Shown here piece by piece: positions 51,645 through 64,000 of a stretch of 64,000 nucleotides of DNA. Under the pieces are notes generated by a model, which was given only the letters and a program-made list of their open reading frames with translations, had not been told where the DNA came from and made no database searches. The translations under genes and the position numbers were made by a program. The stretch is from Catajapyx aquilonaris. Lineage: Eukaryota. The stretch is from NCBI GenBank assembly GCA_000934665.2, contig JYFJ02001304.1, forward strand, positions 1-64,000. Direction: 5' to 3'. Numbering within the stretch: position 1 is the stretch's first letter; each line of letters opens with the position of its first letter.

Positions 51645-52438
51645 TATCTGTGCAAATGGCATTAAAATAAAATACAATAAAATGTAATAAAATAAATATA
51701 TAATAATTGGACCGATTGGCCTCGCTGGATTTTTTTGCCTGAGAAATACCATCCTTTTTTTATGCAGGAATTTGTGCCTGGAAATTAAAAAGGAGCCAGC
51801 CACAATGCTCATCAAGTCAGTTAACTGTTCCTCACTTTTTACAGTAAAAATATTTGTGTACTTAAACTTTACTGCATTTTTTTAACATTTTTTTTTTTTA
51901 AATTAATTGCCCCCCACCCCAGGCCCACCCTGCCTCCGACTCAGATACAAAACATCTTGGCTTGACTGTACATGAATGTCCCTACGGTGAATTCTTTCGA
52001 ACAACGGCTTTTCCTTCCAGTTTTTTTTCCTGGACAAAATCTGCCTGGAAACTGGTTTAATTGGCTGGATAATCGTCATCAGCGGTAAATATGGCTGCCC
52101 TGTAGGGTCTAGGTTAACATGCCAGCACATGAAACCTTCCAAACTTCATGTCAGCAAAGGACAGATTGAAAGAAAAAGGAAGAAAAAGGACAAACGTTCT
52201 TTTCATTGGCATGATTTAATTTCATTTTTTCATTTATGGATCTTACCCCTTTCTAAAATAATTAATTCCGCGTTTCTTTAAAAATATGCTGCATGTTTAA
52301 GCATCACATTTTGCTTGTGAAATTATGTGCATTATGCATTGCAATGCTTCCTTCCCACGTTGCATCTCATGTGGTACAGCCTTACAAGTCATTCAAGAGG
52401 ATAAAATCATCGGAATGAACTGCTGAGGGCAGCAAAGG

Positions 52439-55142
52439 ATGCCTCCAAACGCTGAGGAGATCAGGAGATGCGTGGTGCCAACGTGCACCAGCAACTGCGG
52501 AGGAGGAGGTTCAGCATCTGGCGGAGGAGGAGAAACGTCCTTCTTCCGCTTCCCCAGCCACGAGAAGCTCCGGATGATGTGGATGCGGTCCATCCTCAAG
52601 CCAGACCATTCCTTGGTCTGCTCCAGACATTTCGACGAGTCAGACCTGGTTTCAACTGCCAACGAAGGATTGACACTGAAGGAAAATGCCTTTCCATTGC
52701 TCAACTTGCCGCAGCCTACTTCAAGACCAGCGACGGAAGATGTCCAGCGTTTAGAACGAGGTTAGAACATACTTCGCATGCAAAGCATGTCTAAACATAA
52801 CCTGAGATGCACTTGCATTACAAATAATTAAGGAGTAAAGCTTGAATTATGTGTATTATGCATTCTGTTTACCTCAACATCACTTGAGATTTTCCCTACT
52901 TATTAGCCTTCCCGCATTTGGCTCCAAGTCTGACAACTGGTTCCTCTAAATCTTTCAGTGGTAGAAGCAGACACAACCACAGCATCATCCCAGTTGATTG
53001 ACTTGACCAACGGACCTTCAGATGACGAGTGGGATGCTTTTGATGAGCCACCTGAATCCAATGAAAGGACCAGAGAACCAGCGGACGACACCCTTCCAGG
53101 TGTCCAGAGTGAAACTTCCACAAGCGGAAGAAGTCGTGAAGTACAAGATTGCGGAATGGAACAAGCGGATGGGTAGGTTGATTGAAACGGACACATTCAG
53201 AGTCTGCGGAAGGCAAATTTCACTCTAGAGAGAAGGAAAATTAAAGAGAGAGTGTTAAACTCTTCATCCATCAGTGGTGACGGATAATCAGGATTCTACC
53301 ATATTGTGTGTTTCGTGAAGTATTAATAAATTACTTAATTGCAGGAACTTGGGCAAACACGTTGTCCCATCACAGCTGGAATCTCAATCGATGCTTACCT
53401 TCTCACTGGAAAAGGTCAACGCAGCAGCTCAGAAGGAATTAGAAGATGTGCATGCATCCATCGACAGGGATCATCCTTACGTGCAGAGCAAGGAGACACA
53501 GTTCAAGTGCGGCTTGTGCTGTTTGACTTTCGCCTCAAAGGATGCTGCGGCCAGTCATGTTTGCGTCTGTTCTGCCAATGACCAACTTGCAATAGAGAGT
53601 TTGAAGGATGCGCCAAGCAAGGGTGACCCATCCGCTGTTCCAAGTATTACACCCGTCGGTGGGTCATCCAAAGTTGTTGAGTTGAAGAGTACCATGCTGT
53701 TCCAACCTTCTGATTCTGTTCTATTGCCATCTGTAGTCCCGGTTAATTCAGAAGTGGACCCGGAATTGCTGGAAAACTTCACAGGAGATAACTGTAAAAG
53801 ATGTGGCAATTTAGTGAAAGGCATTGTTGCGCAAAAGTGTCACTTCCAGTATCACAAAAAGATAATGATGGCAAATGCTTGTAAGACGTGCGGGAAGAGA
53901 TACATTAATAAGGAAAGTCTGGAATATCACGAAAAAGTTCACTTGAAGCAGGAACCATGGCGTTATGCTTCTGCCAGCTCGTCATCTCATGTGGGAAGAA
54001 GGACAAAATTGGCTCCTGAATCGTCATCTCATGTGGCAAGAAGGACAAAATTGCCTCCTGAATGGAGGGCAAGTTTCACCGGAGATACATGCAACATATG
54101 TAGCAAAGTAATTGTATGCAAAAAGTGGAAAAGATTTCACTACCACAACCACAAAGGGATCAAGCCATACAAGTGTGACAAGTGTGGGAAGGGATTCGTT
54201 GTAAACACCCGTCTGAAACGTCACAAGGATAATCACTTGCGGGAATGTCTTGCCAGCTCCTCGTCTCATGTGGCAAGTAGTAGAAAATTGGCTCCTGAAC
54301 GGAAATGTCACCTCGAGGGACGTGAGGGACGACCTCCTTGTGATGGTTCAACACCCGCTGCGGCAAGCCAGGTCAAGGTACGACTTGAATGTGAGTTCTG
54401 CGGAAAGACTTCTCCTCTCAAGTCCGTCATGGATCGTCATATGATGAGCCACACGGGAGGAAAGACTTTCATATGCGATGTGTGCAGCAATGGGTATCGT
54501 TATAAAAATGATCTTCAGAGGCACAAGAGAACCTGCGTGAAGGAGGGGGAGGAGATTCCATTGGAGATTTTGAAGCCACATGTCTGTGAGAAATGTGGGA
54601 AAACATTTGCCAAAAAGGTTTCATTTCAAAATCATCTCTTAACACATGGGCCTACACAAGAGAGGCCATACGTGTGCAAAATATGTTCAAGGGCATTTAT
54701 TCGGAAGTCTTCTTTTGATGACCATCGTTACATCCATACTGGAGAGAAGCCACATTTGTGTGATGTATGTGGGAAATCTTTCAGGGTCAAGTTGCAGTTG
54801 ACACTCCATTACAGCCTCCACACTGGGAAGAAGCCATACAAATGTGAAACATGTGATAAAAGATTTCGCCTGAGAACAGGGCTGGTGGTCCATCGCAGGA
54901 TCCACACTGGGGAGACACCTTTTGAGTGCGACACATGCGGGAAGAAATTGCAGACTGCATCAGCAGTTTGGGTACATAAGAAAAGGCACAAGATGGCAAA
55001 AGTCGAGTTCACGTGCAACTCATGTGGGCACGGATTCTCCCGGAAGGCGGCTCTTGAGAAGCACAAGTGCGCCGCCAAGGAAGGAACGGACCTGGAGGAA
55101 ATGGCTGACCATGAACATTTAGAATCAAACAGTTCATCGTGA
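52439..55142 (+). CDS. THAP-C2H2 zinc-finger gene 9 (triplicate B)
   Basis: Exons 52439-52760, 52959-53172, 53345-55142; near-identical structure to gene 8. Confidence 0.9.
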
Positions 55143-55934
55143 TTCATCCTTATAATGATGTCAACTTTATGATCTTAATAATAGCTGTGTACATGGCATT
55201 AAAAAGAATGAAAGTTGTACTTGTGCATGTCATTTTGTTGATTACGTATAAGAAGGGAGGGCCCTTTTGGTTCTGATATATCAGCGCGTTATGTGGTCGC
55301 CCACATGTGTAACTCATCAAGTCGCATTTTGTAGTAGAAATATTTGTGTACTTAAACTTGCTGCATTTATTTAAAAATAATAAAAATAATATTTTTTTTT
55401 AAATGAATTGCCCCCCACCCCAAACCCACCCCACCTCCGACTAAGATACAAAACATCTTGGTTTGACTGTACATGAATGTCCCTACGGTGAAATTTTCGA
55501 ACACTTCTAACGGCTTTTCCTTCCAGTTCTTTTTTTCCTGGACAAAATCTGCCTGGAAACTGGTTTAATTAGAAGGATAATCGTCATTAGCGGTAATTAT
55601 GGTTGCCATGTAGGGTCTAGGTTAACATACCAGCACATGAAACTTTCCAAACTTCATGTCAGCAAAGGAAAAAGGACAAACGTTCTTTTTATTGGCCTCA
55701 TTTAATTTACATTATTGCATTTTTCATTTATGGATCTTACCCCTTTCTAAAATAATTAATTCCGCGTTTCTTTAAAAAAATATGTTGCATGTTTAAGCAT
55801 CACATTTTGCTTGTGAAATTATGTGCATTATGCAGCGCAATGCTTCCTTCCCAGGTTGCATCTCATGAGGTACAGCCTTATAAGTCATTCAAGAGGATAA
55901 AATCATCAGAAGGAACTGCTGAGGGCAGCAAAGG

Positions 55935-58717
55935 ATGCCTCCAGACACTGATAGAATCAGATGCGTGGTGCCAATGTGCACCAGCAACTGCGGAGGAGGA
56001 GGCTCAGCATCTGGCGGAGGAGAAACGTCCTTCTTCCCCTTCCCCAGCCACGAGAAGCTCCGGATGATGTGGATGTGGTCCATCCTCAAGCCAAACCATT
56101 CCCTGGTCTGCTCCAGACATTTTGACGAATCAGACCTGGTTTCAACTGCCAACGAAGGATTGAAACTGAAGGAAAATGCCTTTCCATTATTCAACTTGCC
56201 GCAACCTACTTCAAGACCAGCTACGGAAAATGCACAGCATTTACACCGAGGTTAGAACGTACTTCGCATGCAAACCATGTCTAAACATAACCTGAGAAGC
56301 ACTTGAATGACAAATAATTCAGGAGTAAAGCAAGAATTATGTGTATTGCGTGAACATCAGTTGATTAGCCTTCACACAACTGGCTCAAAGTCTAACAACT
56401 GGTTCCTCTAAATCTGTCAGCAGCAGAAGCGGAACTAACCACAGCATCTTCCCAGTTGATTGACTTGACCGCAGGACCTTCAGATAACGAGTCGGATGCT
56501 ATTGATGAGCCACCTGAATCCAATGAAAGGACCAGAGAACCAGCTGAAGACACCCGTCCAGGTGTCCAGAGTGAAACTTCCACAAGCGGAAGAAGTCGTG
56601 AAGTACAAGATTGCGGAGGGGAACAAGGTGATGGGTAGGTTGATTGAAACCGACACATTCAGAGCCTGCGGAAGGCAAATTACACGCTTCATCCATCTTT
56701 AGTGGTGATGGATAAACGGGATTCTGCCATATTGTGTGTTTCGTGAAGTATTAATAAATGACTTAATTGCAGGAACTTGGGCAACCGTGTTGTCGCATCA
56801 CAGCTGGGATCTCAATCGATGCTTACCTTCTCACTGGAAAAGGTCAACGCAGCAGCTCAGAAGGAATTGGAAGATGTGCATGCATCCATCGACATGGATC
56901 ATCCTTATGCGCAGGGAAAGGAGACGAAGTTCAAGTGCGGCTTGTGCTGTTTGACTTTCACCTCAAAGGATGCTGCGGCCAGTCATGTTTGCGTCTGTTC
57001 TGCCAATGACCAACTTGCAATAGAGAGTTTGAAGGATGCGCCAAGCAAGGGTGACCCATCCGCTGTTATGCCCATCGGTGGGCTGTCGAAAGTTGTTGAG
57101 TTAAAGAGCACCATGCTGTTCCAACCTTCTAATTCTGTTCTATTGCCATGTGTAGTACCGGTTAATTCAGAAGTAGACCCGGAATTGCTGGAAAACTTCA
57201 CAGGAGATAACTGCAATAGATGTGGCAATTTAGTGAAAGGCATTGTTGCGCAAAAGTGTCACTTCCAGCATCACAAGAAGATAATGATGGCAAATGCTTG
57301 TAAGACATGCGGGAAGACATACATTAATAAGGAAAGTCTGGAATCTCACGAAAAAGTTCACTTGCGGAACCCTTCTGCCAGTTCGTCACCTCGTGTGGCA
57401 AGAAGGAGAAAATTGGCTCCTGAATGGAAGGCAAGTTTCACCGGAGATACATGCAACATATGCAACAAAGTAATTGCAAACATGAGGTGGAAAAGATGGC
57501 ACTACATCATCCACAAAGGGATCAAGCCATATCAGTGTGACAAATGTGGGAAGGGATTCATTGTAAAGGCCCGTCTGAAACGTCACAAGGATAATCACTT
57601 GCGGGAATCTTTTGCCAACTCCTCGTCTCGTGTGGCAAGAAAATCGGTTCCTGAATGGAAAACAAATAATTTCACAGGAGACAGATGCAATATATGTGGC
57701 AAGGATGTGTCTGACAGGTGGCAAATATATCACTACCACAATCACAAAGGGATCAAACCATACAAGTGTGAGAAATGTGGGAAGGGATTTGTTGTTGAAC
57801 GCCGTATGAAATGTCACCTCGAGGGACATGAGGGACGACCTCCTTGTGATGGTTCAAGACCTGCTACGGCAAGCCCGGTCAAGGTAGACTGGCATGCGAT
57901 AATTGCAAATTTGCCAGCACGTACAGTGGCTCCCAACCAGGTTCCCAAGGAGAAAAAAATACTTGAATGTGAGTTCTGCGGAAGGACTTACCCTTGCAAG
58001 TCTCTCATGGATCATCATATGATGAGCCACACGGGAGGAAAGACTTTCAAATGCGATGTATGCAACAATGGATATCGTTATAAACATTCTCTTCAGAGGC
58101 ACAAGAGAACCTGCGTGAAGGAGGGGGAGATTCCTTTGGGGATATTGAAACCATATGCCTGTAAGAAATGTGGGAAAACATTTGCGAGAAACTATGCATT
58201 TGAAAATCATCTCTTAACACATAGGCCTACGCAAGAGAGGCCATACGTGTGCGAAATATGTTCAAAGGCATTTATCTATAAGGCCAATTTTGATGCCCAT
58301 CGTTACATCCATACTGGAGAGAAGCCTCATTTGTGTGACGTATGTGGCGAATCTTTCAGGCTCAGGTTTACGTTGAAACAACATTACATGCGCCACACTG
58401 GGGAGAAGCCGTACAGATGTGAAATATGTGATAAAAGATTTCGCCTGGGAACAAATCTGGCTGTCCATCGCAGGATGCACAGTGGGGAGAAACCTTTTGA
58501 GTGCGACACCTGCGGGAAGAAATTCGGGACTGGATCATCACTTCGGGTACATAAGAAAACGCACAAGCTGGCAAACGTCGAGTTCACATGTAACTCATGT
58601 GGGCGCAGCTTCTCCCGAAAGGCAGCTTTTGTGAAGCACAAGTGCGCCGCCGAGGAAGGAACAGCCGTGGAGGAAACGACTGACCATGAACTTGTAGAAT
58701 CAAACAGTTCATCGTGA
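55935..58717 (+). CDS. THAP-C2H2 zinc-finger gene 10 (triplicate C, two extra fingers)
   Basis: Exons 55935-56250, 56421-56634, 56773-58717. Confidence 0.9.
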
Positions 58718-58904
58718 TTAATCCTGATGTCAAGTCACCTGTATCTTAATAGCTGTGCAAATGGCGTTAAAAAGAATAAAAGTTGTACTTTTGAATGTCA
58801 TTTTGTTGTTCATATGCAGTCAGCAAATGTCACTCTAGAAAATGAAGTGAGAGTTGAAGTGCCTAAATTAAACATGGGTTTTGCAAAATATTGATAAATT
58901 ACAT

Positions 58905-59125
58905 AATTGCAGGAACTCAGGATACAGCTACCTATTCTCACTGGAAGAGGTCAACGACGCATCTCAAAAGGAACTAGAAGATGTGCAGGGACTCATCGAA
59001 CTTGATCATACTTATGCGCAGACCAGAGAGACCCAAGTGCGGCTTGTGCCGTTTGACCTTCACCTCGAAAGGTGCTGCGGCCAGTCATGTTTCGGTATGT
59101 TCCACCAATGACCATTTCGCAGTAG
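58905..59125 (+). pseudogene. Truncated fourth copy of the start of exon 3 of genes 8-10
   Basis: TAATTGCAGGAACT..FSLEEVNDASQKELEDV..DHTYAQ, then frameshifted CGLC..FTSK.AAASHV; no finger array follows. Confidence 0.85.
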
Positions 59126-59354
59126 AGGGTGTGATCACTCTGCAATAATAATTACAAAGTGCCAATATGAACAACTGCCAATTCCATGGTTGATTAATCC
59201 GCTTACGTAAGAATAAGGTCTGATATATCAGCGTTTGTGGTTTCCACCATGAAGCTAGTGGAGTCTAATCTAGCTGCACGTAAAGCCACTTCTCATCGTA
59301 ACTTCTGCGCAGGAATTGTCCCCAAGGTCATCATCATTTGAGTTGCACTAAACA

Positions 59355-59500
59355 TCCCAGGTAGCACACGTCGGCAAATGACGCTGGGCCAATGTTGGGG
59401 GAGCGATGTCGGGCCAATGTAAAACGGTTAACTTTTTGTCACATCGGGCTGACGTTGGCGTCTGATGTTGGGCCGATGTTGGCAGACAGTGCTGACCCGA
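59355..59500 (+). mobile_element. Fragment of a CCCAG-terminal element with subterminal repeats
   Basis: CCCAGGTAGCACACG... followed by repeated GATGT(C/T)GGGCC(A/G)ATGT; the terminus resembles the MITE at 39309. Confidence 0.5.
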
Positions 59501-60331
59501 TCTACATTATACCCTATTTATATGAAACCTGACGTCATTTTCATGCTTTATAGACCACTTCAACAAACAAAAACAATACTTATAGCTATATATTTTAATC
59601 CATACAGTAAAACCCCGTATTAAACGTATGCGAGGCCACCATTACGTATGCTACACCATCACACCTGAGCAGGTCATATACTGTTGCAGATTAATGCCAA
59701 ATCATTCAAGTTGAGGGCGTCAGGCCACTATTCTTTCGGGCTACGTAACTCTTGACATCTTGGATTCAAGTGCCCAAGAGTTGTTCTTAACAACCCACCA
59801 ATATTTACGGAGTCGAGGCCGGCAGTTAACGACGTCAATTACCCTGTTAAGTCAGTATTCGCATGACTTTACGCACAAGTACAGGACGTGTGGTCTATAG
59901 GAAGGAGGATGTGTCGCCAGATTCAGGGTTCATATGGGGCTATTCGGGGGGAACTACAGTGATGAAGTCATTCCAATTCAGTGTGGTTGTGACCAAAAAG
60001 GTCTTAAATCCACACCGTGTTGTCAAGAGTGACTCGGCTCAGGATGTGGTGAAGCTTACGCTACCACAAGTTCCCTAAAATAGTGTACGAGGTGTAAAGC
60101 TAGTGCCCTTTCAGCAAGACGTTGAATCGAATTTTCCTGCCTTGGAACAGGAAGCGCTGTATTTTTTTTTAATCAGAACTGATCAGGAAACTTGACTGGC
60201 GTCTAATCTGAACAATTTCCTTCCTGCTAATTTCTCAAGATACAAGGAAAGCATGGCTTGGTTTTACGAAGTGATATAGAGTAGGTCTGGTGGTAAAGAG
60301 TTTCTGCTGGTGATCCGTCATGTAGCTAGGG

Positions 60332-64000
<3,669 letters not shown>

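Larger units (their letters stand above)
48230..58810 (+). repeat. Tandem triplication, ~3.5-kb unit including upstream region and introns
   Basis: Shared non-coding blocks such as CCTGGACAAAATCTGCCTGGAAACTGGTTTAATT at ~48509, ~52029 and ~55536. Confidence 0.95.

Noticed and set aside
22343..56255. THAP ORFs as P-element/THAP9 transposases
   Set aside because: No transposase catalytic or GTP-binding region and no flanking TIRs; each THAP exon splices in frame towards C2H2 arrays.

Overview
Eukaryotic genomic DNA, most likely arthropod, with short GT-AG introns. Every intact gene is on the + strand. Left to right: (1) transposon debris, including an internally deleted Ty3/gypsy element (LTR + tRNA-Leu-like PBS + integrase, - strand); (2) two tandem intronless divergent ionotropic receptor (IR) genes, the second frameshifted, sharing a ~465-bp near-identical tract; (3) an orphan Cys-rich/acidic multi-exon gene; (4) the piRNA-pathway helicase spindle-E/TDRD9; (5) a ~37-kb cluster of ten co-oriented C2H2 zinc-finger genes plus a fragment, interrupted by NDUFA4; (6) the 5' part of a receptor-like gene combining Methyltransf_FA-like, EGF and FN3 domains. 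Seven of the ten zinc-finger genes splice an N-terminal shortened THAP domain onto the finger array. The main candidate novel system is this THAP-C2H2 family: a KRAB-ZFP/ZAD-ZFP-like tandem expansion with cofactor motifs (HCF-1 DHxY, SIM-like, a shared VWxP motif) and finger changes concentrated in the recognition helices, directly downstream of spn-E. Two ~30-bp CA..TG/CG palindromes between 8-bp direct repeats look like P-element excision footprints. Exon models were derived by hand from splice consensus and frame; no database searches were run.
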